From Nitrospirota bacterium (GTDB taxonomy: Bacteria > Nitrospirota > Thermodesulfovibrionia > Thermodesulfovibrionales > UBA9159), in NCBI GenBank assembly GCA_963699545.1, contig CAVOUE010000004.1:143410-207409 (forward strand): 64,000 bases of DNA. Direction: 5' to 3'. The position numbers were made by a program, and so were the translations under genes. Shown here in pieces: positions 20,374 to 31,929 of the stretch. How positions within the stretch are numbered: the first letter of the stretch is position 1; every line of letters begins with the position of its first letter. The notes under the pieces were generated by a model, which saw only the letters and a list, made by a program, of their open reading frames with translations, ran no database searches and was not told the origin of the DNA.

Positions 20374-21747
20374 GTGATGCGAATGCAAAACGGTGCAAGA
20401 ATATTGATCGTGGACGATGAAAAGATCGCCCTCAGGAACCTCGAACATGTAATGAAAAAGGAGGGCTATGCAGTAGCGGCCACGCAGAGCGGCCAGAATG
20501 CCCTCAAACTCCTGGAAGAGCAGCAGTTCGATGTTGTTCTCACCGACCTTAGAATGGAAAAGGTCGACGGGATGCAGATACTGAAGAGATGTCGCGAACT
20601 CTCTCCGGATACCGAGGTGATCATGATAACAGGCTTTGCCACGCTGGAGTCGGCGGTGAATACAATGAAGCACGGGGCCTTCTTTTACATAGCAAAACCT
20701 TTTAAGTTGGACGAGGTGAGGAAAGTGGTGAGGGAGGCTGTGGAAAAAGTGAGGCTGAAGACCGAGAACAGACAGCTGAGAGAGCAGCTCGAGAAGTATC
20801 AGGGGAAGGTGAAGATCATCACCCAGGATGCCAACATGGAGAGACTCCTGGATACGGCGCGGCAGATCGCTCCCACTGACTGCAATGTCATCATTACGGG
20901 AGAGAGCGGCACGGGCAAGGAACTGTTTGCCCGATACATTCATTTCAACAGTAAACGTTCTGAGGGCCCCTTTTCTGCAATAAATTGCGGGGCGTTTACT
21001 GAAGAACTTCTGGGGAACGAGCTCTTCGGCCATGAAAAAGGCGCTTTTACCGGCGCCTCCACGATGAAGAAGGGATTGATAGAGACAGCCTCGGGAGGCA
21101 CGCTTTTTCTTGACGAGATCACAGAGATGCCCCCTTCCATGCAGGTGAAACTGCTGAGGGTGGTGCAGGAGAGGGAGGTTCTGAGGCTTGGCGGAACAGA
21201 GCCGGTGCGCGTGGATGTGAGATGTATCGCTGCGACCAACAGGGATCTGCAGGACGCGACAAGAACGGGGCACTTCAGACAGGACCTCTATTTCAGACTG
21301 AATGTGGTGTCGCTGCATATACCGCCCCTTTCGGAACGGAAAGAGGACATACCCCTGTTGGGCTACTATTTCCTGAAGAAGTATTCCTCCCTGATGAAAA
21401 AGAATGTCACGGAGATATCCCCTGAGGTGATCACGCTCCTCATGAACTACGGTTTCCCGGGGAATGTGAGGGAACTGGAGAATATCACAGAGCGGGGTGT
21501 TGCCCTTTCCAACGGGACGACCATTGAGGCGGCACATCTCCCCGAAGACCTGAGGGAACTCAGCATTCGGACATTCAGGAAGAGAGAGGGGAAGATCCCT
21601 TCCCTGGAAGAGCAGGAAATGGCGTATATCCAGTGGGTGTTGAATGAGGTGGGTGGCAACAAGACACTGACCGCCCAGATACTGGGAATAGACAGGGTCT
21701 CCCTCTGGAGGAAGCTGAAGAGGTACGGATTAGAGTCCCAGCTGTAA
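20374..21747 (+). CDS. sigma54-dependent NtrC-family response regulator
   Basis: REC, GESGTGKE, GAFTGA, HTH. Confidence 0.95.
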   Translation: MMRMQNGARILIVDDEKIALRNLEHVMKKEGYAVAATQSGQNALKLLEEQQFDVVLTDLRMEKVDGMQILKRCRELSPDTEVIMITGFATLESAVNTMKHGAFFYIAKPFKLDEVRKVVREAVEKVRLKTENRQLREQLEKYQGKVKIITQDANMERLLDTARQIAPTDCNVIITGESGTGKELFARYIHFNSKRSEGPFSAINCGAFTEELLGNELFGHEKGAFTGASTMKKGLIETASGGTLFLDEITEMPPSMQVKLLRVVQEREVLRLGGTEPVRVDVRCIAATNRDLQDATRTGHFRQDLYFRLNVVSLHIPPLSERKEDIPLLGYYFLKKYSSLMKKNVTEISPEVITLLMNYGFPGNVRELENITERGVALSNGTTIEAAHLPEDLRELSIRTFRKREGKIPSLEEQEMAYIQWVLNEVGGNKTLTAQILGIDRVSLWRKLKRYGLESQL

Positions 21748-21766
21748 AAGACCAGGCGCAGATCCC

Positions 21767-22552
21767 TCAGACCGGGTGGACGAGCACAAGCGGTTTGTTC
21801 GTGACCCCCGGCTCCCTGTCCGAGAGGATAGCTGCGGCTTTGCTCAGTTCTGACGGTTCGTTCCCTCCTGCCGGCATGATGATCATGGAGACGGAATATC
21901 CGTCTGCGACCCTCAGGATCTCCTCGTCGGGATACCCGGAGCGGATGACCTCTTTTGTCTCGACCTGCCGCTCGGTGAGGTTCTTTTTTACTTGTTTGAC
22001 GAGGACAGAAGTTTGCCGTTTGACCTTCTCCAGTTCTGTCTTCTCCCCTGCGCTGTAAATGTGTATCGGCACTATGCCCAGAAGAATGACCGCTGAACCG
22101 GTAGCCTTCACCTCTTCCGAGATAAGATCCAGCGTGGCCGGTGGAACATCCGTATTGTCCAGCGGAACAAGAATGTTTCCAGGGATGATTGAGACCGGGC
22201 AGGGCGCGCTTTTCACTATCGATTTGTATCGGGGAGGAGAGAAGATGATATCCGCGTTTTCCGCGCCTGCCAGTTTTACGATCTCCTCGGCGGGGTCGCC
22301 GTCCTCGACAACGATGCGGCTCTTTGTGTCTGCCGCTCTTTCAAGGACCCTCCGTGCATCTTCCACATACCGTGCAGACTCTATTCGTGCCATCTGCTCC
22401 GCTCCCGGACCTGCATCGTAGTCAACGAACATGTTCGCGTTGAATACATGAAGCACAAGAAGTTCCCCTCCCTGTTCCCTCACTTTTTGTATCCCGTACT
22501 TCAAAGCTGTTTTTGAATTCAATGATCCATCATACGCCACCAATGCCTTCAT
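21767..22552 (-). CDS. Tandem USP-like protein (PPRY variant)
   Basis: ALVAYDGS...GDPAEEI...SPPRYKSI...APCPV, followed by a second degenerate USP domain. Confidence 0.85.
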   Translation of the reverse strand: MKALVAYDGSLNSKTALKYGIQKVREQGGELLVLHVFNANMFVDYDAGPGAEQMARIESARYVEDARRVLERAADTKSRIVVEDGDPAEEIVKLAGAENADIIFSPPRYKSIVKSAPCPVSIIPGNILVPLDNTDVPPATLDLISEEVKATGSAVILLGIVPIHIYSAGEKTELEKVKRQTSVLVKQVKKNLTERQVETKEVIRSGYPDEEILRVADGYSVSMIIMPAGGNEPSELSKAAAILSDREPGVTNKPLVLVHPV

Positions 22553-22586
22553 ATCACACCTCCATGATGAATATATGACTTACAAA

Positions 22587-22630
22587 GCATAGACTGTGCC
22601 AAAATAAGAATGAGCAATATCAATGAGTTG
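22587..22630 (-). promoter_or_regulatory. sigma54 promoter (22587..22601) with adjacent IHF-like site (22618..22630)
   Basis: Minus strand TGGCACAGTCTATGC; plus strand TATCAATGAGTTG matches WATCAAN4TTR. Confidence 0.8.
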
Positions 22631-22870
22631 TTCCAGACATGCAGCCGTTTCACTGCAAAGCAGCATGCAAGGAATTACTGCGCTCCTCAATTTTCGACCG
22701 CTTGGGGCAATAATAAACCAATAGGCAACATATAGTTGCATCAGAGTTTTCTTGATGACCTCGTAATGTCGCTCATTTTCTTTGCAATTAGCGAAATAAT
22801 GTGCATCAATAAATTGCTTCATAGCCGCCCTTGCAGACAATATATGTTTCAAAAACAATATGTTGTACGC

Positions 22871-22885
22871 TGGCATGGCTATTGC
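22871..22885 (+). promoter_or_regulatory. sigma54 promoter
   Basis: TGGCATGGCTATTGC, 45 bp upstream of the ATG at 22931. Confidence 0.75.
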
Positions 22886-22930
22886 CATTAATACATATGG
22901 TTCTCATTCTTTCTCATGCGGAGGGCGGAA

Positions 22931-23146
22931 ATGATAGAACACTGGTTATCAGATTCAAGACTTATAATTCTTATTGCCATGACTTTCATGAGCTATTTGG
23001 CCTTTCCGGGAATTTCTGCGGATCTTTGGCAGGGTCTCAGGGGGAATTTGACCGCGCGCAGAACAAAGAAGATCTGCAGAAGGAAAAAAGAGAGAGAAGA
23101 GAGGCTGAAGAAATACTGGGAGATCGACATGAGGAACTTCAAGTAA
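22931..23146 (+). CDS. 71-aa single-TM protein with basic C-terminus
   Basis: GGAGG RBS and sigma54 promoter upstream; hydrophobic LIILIAMTFMSYLAF. Confidence 0.55.
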   Translation: MIEHWLSDSRLIILIAMTFMSYLAFPGISADLWQGLRGNLTARRTKKICRRKKEREERLKKYWEIDMRNFK

Positions 23147-23348
23147 GCCTGTAGGACACGATGTAGAGGAGATAAACCAGGAGGGCCACGGGAGAAAAGC
23201 TGTAGAAATAGGGTGCAATGAACGCTGCAAGCCTGCCGAAAATGTTGTGCTTCCTCAGTATCCCTTGAAACAGGATGGACATGCCCAGAAGCATCTGAAG
23301 AGCTGCCACCGCAAAACTGCCGTTCGTTGAAAAATCATGATCCATCAT
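23139..23348 (-). CDS. 69-aa two-TM small membrane protein
   Basis: GGAGG RBS, two hydrophobic segments, downstream of the USP gene. Confidence 0.5.
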   Translation of the reverse strand: MMDHDFSTNGSFAVAALQMLLGMSILFQGILRKHNIFGRLAAFIAPYFYSFSPVALLVYLLYIVSYRLT

Positions 23349-23375
23349 CGCTGCCTCCGTATATCTCTCATTGCG

Positions 23376-23403
23376 TAAGGGCAGCCTTAAGGGGCTGCCC
23401 TTA
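23376..23403. terminator. Stem-loop (terminator or RNA stabiliser)
   Basis: TAAGGGCAGCC-N6-GGCTGCCCTTA, perfect 11-bp stem just after the USP stop. Confidence 0.55.
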
Positions 23404-23411
23404 TGTTTCCT

Positions 23412-23849
23412 TTAGTGAACTGAGATCACTGCCATCTTCAGTTTTTCTGTCCCGTCAAGGATGGTATTCTCGGTTGCCTGTCTTCCCCGGTCCTCCGCCA
23501 TCCTCCTGAATCTCTTTATAATTGATCTATATCGGGGCGGGCAGAGCAGTACGTCTACATCTCTGTCCGTCGCAAACCGTATGGTCGCATCTTCCGGGTC
23601 ACCCTCTCCGGCAAACAAACTCGCCTTCACACCCGACTCCTTCATAAGGTGTTTTGCCTCCTCCATTTGCCTGGCGGATTCCCTCCTCGCCGCCTCAACC
23701 GCACCCGCAACATCATAATCGACAAATTGAGCACTGTTGAATATATGGAGGGCAAGAACTTCTCCCCCGTTTTCCTTCACTTTCTCCATCCCGTATCTGA
23801 GCGCTTCCTTTGCCTGCAATGTCCCATCATATGCTACTAATACCTTCAT
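23412..23849 (-). CDS. USP-like protein (PPRY variant)
   Basis: ATG at 23849 with GGAGG RBS; VLVAYDGT...GDPEDAT...CPPRYRSI; paralog of 21767..22552. Confidence 0.85.
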   Translation of the reverse strand: MKVLVAYDGTLQAKEALRYGMEKVKENGGEVLALHIFNSAQFVDYDVAGAVEAARRESARQMEEAKHLMKESGVKASLFAGEGDPEDATIRFATDRDVDVLLCPPRYRSIIKRFRRMAEDRGRQATENTILDGTEKLKMAVISVH

Positions 23850-23897
23850 CGATCCGTCCTCCTTATAAAGTATTTTTTGATTCCTGACCATACTAAA

Positions 23898-23912
23898 GCA
23901 TCTGCCATGCCA
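23898..23912 (-). promoter_or_regulatory. sigma54 promoter
   Basis: Minus strand TGGCATGGCAGATGC. Confidence 0.75.
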
Positions 23913-24017
23913 GAAAATAGTCTCAATGATTTCCAATGGTTACAATAAGGGTGCAGTATTTGGACTGCAGAGGGACACGCAAGTTCTTACTGCGGTTTTC
24001 TCAGGGAAGGGGTAATT

Positions 24018-25410
<1,393 letters not shown>

Positions 25411-25418
<8 letters not shown>

Positions 25419-27071
25419 TGACCGGCAGCCTCACGATGAAGGTCGAACCCTTGCCGACGGTACTTTTCACCTCGATATCCCCCCCATGCTTCTTAATAAT
25501 ACCATAACTCACCGCCAGACCGAGTCCTGTGCCTTTGGTCGAATCTTTTGTGGTGTAGAAGGGATCGAATATCTTCCCGATGTATTCCTCCGAGATGCCG
25601 CATCCAGTGTCCGAAATGACGATCTCGACGAAATCTCCGGCGGCCCGGGTAGCGATCCCGATCTTCCCGGGCGGGGAGATGGAGTGGATGGCGTTTAACA
25701 GAATATTCAGAACGACCTGTTCCAATTTGATCGGGTCTGCAGAGATCTCCGGGAGACTCTCTGAAAAAGAGAGATTGACCTCGATATCGCTGAACAGGCC
25801 CTGCGCTGAGAGGGTGTCTATCATCTCGTTGATAGGACAGTTGATATTTGTCTTCACCTTCTTCAACTTCGTTTCCTTTGCAAAGCTGAGAAGCTGGCGC
25901 ACGATAATTCTCGCCCGCTCCGTCTCCCTCACCATCATCTTTAATTTTTCCCGGCGGGTGTCGTCCTCGGGCATCTGCTCGAGCATGAGATGGGAAAAGG
26001 TAAGAACCGAGGTAAGCGGGTTGTTGATCTCATGGGCTATCCCCGCCGCGAGAATCCCTATGGACGCGAGCTTTTCCGCCTCGATAAGCTGTGCCTGTTT
26101 TTCATGGAGATTCTTCACCGCATGTTCCAGGGAGTTCATGGTGTCCTTCAATCTGTCCTCCATCTGGTTGAACGAGATATCTCGAGTGAGGTGAGTTCGT
26201 CCCTTCCCTTTACCTCAATGACTTCTGAGAAGTCCCCCATGGCGACCTTCTTCGTCACCTTTTCGAGCTCCCTGATAGGGGCGGCGATGCCCCTGGCGAG
26301 TTTGACATTGATGATAATTCCCACGGCCACGATGACGAGCAAGGCGATAAGGAGCATGTTCATGGACAGCTTCAGAGTATCATTGATCTTTGACCGCTCC
26401 CGCTTCGAAAGCTCTTCCGTGAAAGACTGGATTTCACGCGCCCTCAGCCGCATCTTCTCCACCGCATACTTTTCGTCCCGGAAAAGCTCGAACACCCTCT
26501 CCACGAGGACCCGGTACTCCCCGGCCTCCCCCTCGGCGGAGAGCGACGAGAAGGTCTTCATAAAGGTGCCGTACGTTGTCTGGTCCCGGTACAGCAGCAG
26601 GTTCTTTTCGTACCTCCTGAGTATCAGAAATATCCGGAGATCGTTTCCCCTGAGGTTCTTTTCGATATCCCTTCCCGTGTCTCTCAGCCGAGCAACGATC
26701 TCTTCCTGTGATTTGAAATTCAGCGCGATCCTTTCGATGAGGAATTCGTACTCGGTGATGGCGTTCTTCATCATCGTATAGTTATCGGTTCCTATCTGGC
26801 GTACGATCTCTGTGCTGATGTTCGCGGTGTGTTCTTTCAGGGTGCCGAGATATTTCTTCATCTCCTGAAGGCTCGCGCTGTCCTTGTAGAGAAGGAAATT
26901 TTTTTCAAATCTCCTCACCTCGAGGATGGTGTTGGTCGCATCATCCGCAACTTCAACCAGGGCAAGCCCTGTTGTGATCGTACGCAGTTCATTATAGGAG
27001 AGGGCTCCTGCTACTACGGCGAGGAACATATAAAGGCCGAAACCGAAGAAGAGCTTGTGGCGTATCTTCAC
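25411..27071 (-). CDS. HAMP sensor histidine kinase; frameshift near 26180
   Basis: ORF 26148..27071 (TM, sensor, HAMP) joins ORF 25411..26163 (GIAHEINNPL, HATPase). Confidence 0.9.
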
Positions 27072-27316
27072 CCGACGGCATCCTTCTTAACGTTGAATGA
27101 TGGTAAGAGAGGGGATGGACAGGAGCCGAGGTTCCGATAGCGCGCTGCCGCAGATGGTCTGTACCAGTATTCCATGTCAGATAATTGTAGCCTACAAGGG
27201 CCGGAAAAGTTAAGACTTTTTCGGGGGGATCAGCCTTGGTTGCCTGATCCCCCCGGAGAGTACGTCTTGAAAGGTCCTCTCGAATACGGAGATATTGAAC
27301 CTTACGGGCTTGGCGG

Positions 27317-28028
27317 CTATGCTTCTTTTTTCACCTTTGCCTTTTTCATGCTCAGGCCTATACCCTCGAAAAGGTAGAATATAGCGTATCCCCACCACAT
27401 CGTGTAAACGACGTAGAACACGAGAAGCCCTGACATCATGCCGGCATGTTCGCTTACTTTGTTGGCATCGATCTGATAGAAGTTATAGCCGGGTTCAACG
27501 GCCTTTTTCGTCACATCGGCGACCGCTTTAGCCTCAGCTACTTTTTTCTCTTTCTTCATTCCCTTTTCTATCTTCCCCAGGGCCTGCCACCAGTTCTGCA
27601 TCACTTTTTTCTCGTCATACCCATAACGTTCCGAGACAGCTTTTCCATTATTTTTGTACATTGCGTCTGCGTCCCTAAGGGCGCTCTGGAGAACCGAGCC
27701 GATGTTCTCCTTCCACAGCGAGCTCCTTGTCAGTTGCAGTGACTTTCGCACCTGCCGTGGTGAAAAGCTTAGCAGTGACCTGGACGTCCTCTGCAGTATC
27801 CATCTTTACAAGAGCAGAAAATGGCTTTCCCGTGAATTTTTCCACGGACTTGGATATCTTCGGGATGAAGTACGACGACCCTTTGGCTAGTTTATTAAAG
27901 CTCTCATCCGCGAACTCAAGCCCGTTCTTCCCCATGAAGACCTGGGAAAAGATGAGCAGCAGTACCCCAAGGAATGATATGGCGAAAATGACCCCGACAC
28001 TGAACGGTTTTTTATTTCTTACCAACAT
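27317..28028 (-). CDS. Membrane protein adjacent to TauE, with N- and C-terminal TM helices; frameshift near 27700
   Basis: ATG at 28028 with AGGAGG RBS; ORFs 27675..28049 and 27317..27751 join. Confidence 0.7.
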
Positions 28029-28029
28029 G

Positions 28030-29346
28030 TTATGCCTCCTCCTTTGCAAGCACGGGGTTTTTCTGTTCTTCCTCTCCCCTGAGCGTGTTCAGGTTGATGA
28101 GGAATTTGCTGATAACCCACATCGCAAAAAAACTTACCACGATCCAGAAAATGACGTTGCCGGCGGTCTCTATGCCTTTCACAACTGGCTTTGAAAGGTC
28201 GATGACCTCCAGTTCCACCAGTTTTTTCGGCAGGGTCGCTGCCCTGTTGATGAACCCTGCGAGGATCGACACGGCATAAAACCCGCGGATATGTATGCCC
28301 TTGACCACCTTGGTGGTGAGCGCTCCGACCTGAATGCCGATGAGGGAGCCAAGGAGCATCCCCATGGCCAGGGTATAGAAGACGTAACCATAGATGGCGT
28401 ACTGTGAAATGGCGGCCAGACCCGCGGTGAAGATGATCTGGAGGATGTCAGTTCCGACCGTTGTCATAGAGGACACCCCGAAGACATAGACGAACATGGG
28501 GAAGGTGATGAAGCCTCCTCCCACACCCATGATGGCGGCCATAAGACCAACGATGACGCCCCCCATCGCTACGATCACACCGGAGATCTTCTTTCCGCCT
28601 TCGACGTAATCTTCATCAAACCGTATTGCAGGCGGGATGTTCAGTTTCTGGATCTTGAGGGCAAGGTCCGTGGTCCCTGAACTTCCGCCATGTGCATCTC
28701 CCGTATCCGCACTTTTCCGTGCTTTGAGAAAATCCGCAAGGGCATAAAAACCGAGAAAGCCCAAAAGGACTGCATACACGAGGCTGATGAAGGCCTCGCT
28801 GAGAAGGGGGTCATAATCGTAGAGGGCCTTGTTGAGGGCGCCTCCGATGAAGGTGCCGCCTGCAGAACCCACGAGAAAGGCCATGGCAAGCTTCAGGGAA
28901 ACATTGCCGAGCTTCTTATGGACTGCGGTTCCCATGATCGCCTTTGCAAAGATATGAAAGAGATCCGTTCCTACCGCGAGTATTCCCTTTACCCCTGCCG
29001 CCATGAGTGCCGGAGTAATGATAAAGCCTCCCCCCGCGCCGATGCATCCCGTGATCAGCCCAGCGCAGAGACCGATGGCTATGGATACGAGGAATATGCC
29101 GGTCGAGTAAAATGCGGGAGCGTATGCCGTTTTCCCGCCGAGCATATCCCCTGCCTCCAGGAGCGACACCCCCAGTATGGGAACGAGCATGGCCAGGAGA
29201 ATCAGCATTTTTTTCCGGTTCTTGAGAATCGACATCGAGACTTCATAATCCCATCTGGCATGAGCCATAGAACTCAACTTAAGAAACTCGAAAACCCTTC
29301 TTGTGATACTCATTTTCAAAAACCTCCTTTTTGGTATATTTGCCAC
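28030..29346 (-). CDS. TauE/SafE family exporter, paralog 3
   Basis: GLITGCIGAGGGFIITP and GLMAAIMGVGGGFITFP. Confidence 0.9.
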   Translation of the reverse strand: MANIPKRRFLKMSITRRVFEFLKLSSMAHARWDYEVSMSILKNRKKMLILLAMLVPILGVSLLEAGDMLGGKTAYAPAFYSTGIFLVSIAIGLCAGLITGCIGAGGGFIITPALMAAGVKGILAVGTDLFHIFAKAIMGTAVHKKLGNVSLKLAMAFLVGSAGGTFIGGALNKALYDYDPLLSEAFISLVYAVLLGFLGFYALADFLKARKSADTGDAHGGSSGTTDLALKIQKLNIPPAIRFDEDYVEGGKKISGVIVAMGGVIVGLMAAIMGVGGGFITFPMFVYVFGVSSMTTVGTDILQIIFTAGLAAISQYAIYGYVFYTLAMGMLLGSLIGIQVGALTTKVVKGIHIRGFYAVSILAGFINRAATLPKKLVELEVIDLSKPVVKGIETAGNVIFWIVVSFFAMWVISKFLINLNTLRGEEEQKNPVLAKEEA

Positions 29347-29352
29347 AGTCTG

Positions 29353-30096
29353 TCACCTGATCTTTTCAAATTCTGTCTGGATCTTATACTTTCTTCCGCT
29401 TCCGAAAAGCCGCGTATATGCGAGCGGGACCCTGTCATGGCCGATCAGAAGCCGGTGCAGAAGAAGTACGGGCGTTCCTTCCTTCATTCGCAGGAGAGCG
29501 GCACTGTCGCCTTTGATTTCGGTGACTTCCAGGGTCTGCACGACCTTATGAATTTTTCTCTTGGACTGCGTCTGTATTAAGTCATATAATGAATGACGGC
29601 AGAAATCCTCAACCTGGATATCGGGGACCACAAATAACGGTATAAAGGACTCCTCCAGGTATGCAGGCTCATCTTCGGCGAGCCGTTTACAAAGCACATA
29701 GTAAACGTCGTCATCGAAGCCGAAATACGTTCTGATCTCCTCTGAAGATTTCTTAACGCCCCTCCACACTATCTCTTTCTTTACTCTCACCCCCTCTCCC
29801 AACATGTCTTCGGTTAATCTTGTCTTCATGGCTATGCCAGAGTAATTGGGCAGGGAGTAAGCAACAAAGGTACCCTTGCCCTGCAACCTTCTGAGATAGC
29901 CGTCCCTTGCCAACTCGGAGACGGCGAGCCTTACCGTAGCCTTGCTCACATCATAGGTCTTGCAGAGTGCGTCTTCTGTAGGAATCTGGGTGCCGGCCAG
30001 CCATTCCCCCTTTTCTATCCTTGTCTTAATAATGGCGTACATCTGCACGTAGAGTTTTTGCTGACTTTCCCTGTCCACCACACTTTCTGTCCACAT
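29353..30096 (-). CDS. GntR family regulator, HutC/UTRA type
   Basis: LYVQM...IPTEDALCKTYDVSKATVRLA...QGKGTFV plus UTRA-like C-terminus. Confidence 0.92.
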   Translation of the reverse strand: MWTESVVDRESQQKLYVQMYAIIKTRIEKGEWLAGTQIPTEDALCKTYDVSKATVRLAVSELARDGYLRRLQGKGTFVAYSLPNYSGIAMKTRLTEDMLGEGVRVKKEIVWRGVKKSSEEIRTYFGFDDDVYYVLCKRLAEDEPAYLEESFIPLFVVPDIQVEDFCRHSLYDLIQTQSKRKIHKVVQTLEVTEIKGDSAALLRMKEGTPVLLLHRLLIGHDRVPLAYTRLFGSGRKYKIQTEFEKIR

Positions 30097-30163
30097 ATAG
30101 TCATCCTCTCAGGTCTTTATAATGATAGGGCTGAAAAAAATATGCGAAGCCCCGATATATTCC

Positions 30164-30316
30164 TCAGGCGGTTTCTGTTCCTTCCTCCTGAGCCAGCGGT
30201 CCCTCGTCCTCACTCGCCACTTCTGCCGACATTTTCTTTGCCATTTCATATTCGCCCGCCTCGGCAAAGGTCACAGCCACCATGAGGTCCTCAAACTTCT
30301 GTAGCAATCTTTTCAT
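30164..30316 (-). CDS. 50-aa small protein with VAVTFAEAGE motif (absent from the ORF track)
   Basis: Hand translation MKRLLQKFEDLMVAVTFAEAGEYEMAKKMSAEVASEDEGPLAQEEGTETA; AGGAGG RBS; sigma54 promoter upstream. Confidence 0.8.
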   Translation of the reverse strand: MKRLLQKFEDLMVAVTFAEAGEYEMAKKMSAEVASEDEGPLAQEEGTETA

Positions 30317-30356
30317 GGTATCCTCCTACGTGGATTTCTTACCTCACGGGATAGAA

Positions 30357-30371
30357 GCAACAGGTATGCCA
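30357..30371 (-). promoter_or_regulatory. sigma54 promoter
   Basis: Minus strand TGGCATACCTGTTGC. Confidence 0.8.
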
Positions 30372-30505
30372 AATATATAACTAATGGAAAATAAATAAAA
30401 GATGTGGAAGTGTGCAAGCTATGGTGCAAGTAAATGATGCGCTATTGTAGGTAATTGCAGGATAGTTTACTCATTATGGTGCAAACTTAAGTTGCAGCCG
30501 AGAAC

Positions 30506-31808
30506 TTATGTCGTAATCTTGAGGCTCTTGATCTTCCTCTGGAGCTGCTGCCGGTAAATGCCGAGGGTTGCTGCGGCGTGTGAAATATTTCCTCCCGCTT
30601 CCGCTAATGCCTCCACGATCAATTCCCGTTCAAGCCGAACAATGGCGTCTCTAAGCCGTAGTGTGGAGTTTCTGGTCCTGGGAGGGGAATCAAGAAGGAA
30701 TGAAGGCAGATCAGAGGCCAATATCTCAGAGCTGTTCGTAAATGATATCGCCCGCTCGATTATGTTCTCCAACTCCCTCACATTGCCCGGGTACGTATGA
30801 TTCATCAGGATATCCACCGCATCCTGGGTGATGCATTTGATCATGATATCCTTCCTCTTTGCCGCGTGCTTCTTCATGAAATGCTTAACCAAGGAGGGGA
30901 CGTCCTCCGTCCTGTCCCGCAGCGGAGGGAGGTGGATATTGATGACATTTAGCCGGTAAAAAAGGTCTTCCCTGAATGTGCCGTTCCTGCATGCGGTCTT
31001 CATGTCCTTGTTTGTAGCAGCGATGATCCTCACATCGACCTTTATCTGACGCATGCCCCCGATGCGCATGATTTCCCCTTCCTGCAATACCCTGAGAATC
31101 TTGATCTGGAACAGCGGAGACACATCGCCGATCTCATCGAAGAATACCGTTCCCCCGTCGGCAAGCTCAAGCAGCCCTTTCTTGGTATAGTTCGCACCGG
31201 TGAAGGAGCCTTTTTCAAAACCGAACAGCTCGGATTCAAGGAGGGTATCAGGGATGGCGCTGCAGTTAATGGTCATAAAGGATTTGTCATTCCTCGGACT
31301 CCAGCGGTGGATAGCCCTGGCCACAAGCTCCTTGCCGGTGCCGCTTTCCCCGGTGATGAGAACGTTGCTTTCGCTGACTGCAGCCTTCTTGATAAGGCCG
31401 AACACCTCCTGCATCGGCGCACTTGTGCCGATGATCTCATCAAACCCGTACTTGTGTGTAAGGATCTTCTTCTTATATTTTGCGATGACACCGCTCACTA
31501 TTTCACTTGTCAGCGGTTTTACCAGAAAATCACTTGCTCCCAGCTTCATAGCTTCAACAGCCTCTTTCATGTCGGGCCCGGAAAAGGCTATGACGGGCAT
31601 CTGGAGGCGTAATTCCAGCAGTTTCTGCTGCCAGTCCCTGATACCGAGATCAAGGAATGCGATATCGTACTTGCTGAGCTCTTCGAATTCTCTCTCTAGG
31701 GAAGTGTCTATCTGCGTTGCATCCTGCGCGTGGAAGGTATAACCGCTTGATCTGAACAGGGAGTATATAGCCCTTGCTTCATCGGGAGACGATCAGTAAG
31801 TTCAGCAT
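30506..31808 (-). CDS. sigma54 activator with atypical receiver-like N-terminus; frameshift near 31785
   Basis: GESGTGKE, GSFTGA, HTH. The frame is open upstream of 31600 (YDIAFLDLG), and an ATG at 31808 (MLNLLIVS) lies one base out of frame. Confidence 0.85.
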
Positions 31809-31929
31809 GCTCTATTGTAAAGAGAATCAGATGAAAAAACAAAGAATTTTTCGCCCTGTCCCGGCGCCACCGTGACGCTGGAAATGATGAACACCCAGAG
31901 AGGCTACCCGTCACCCGAGAGGCGTTCTG

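Noticed and set aside
20134-21537. 467-aa minus-strand ORF, and similar long shadow ORFs such as 59805..60830, 61331..62269 and 56698..57873
   Set aside because: Antisense to well-supported genes, with no recognisable motifs.
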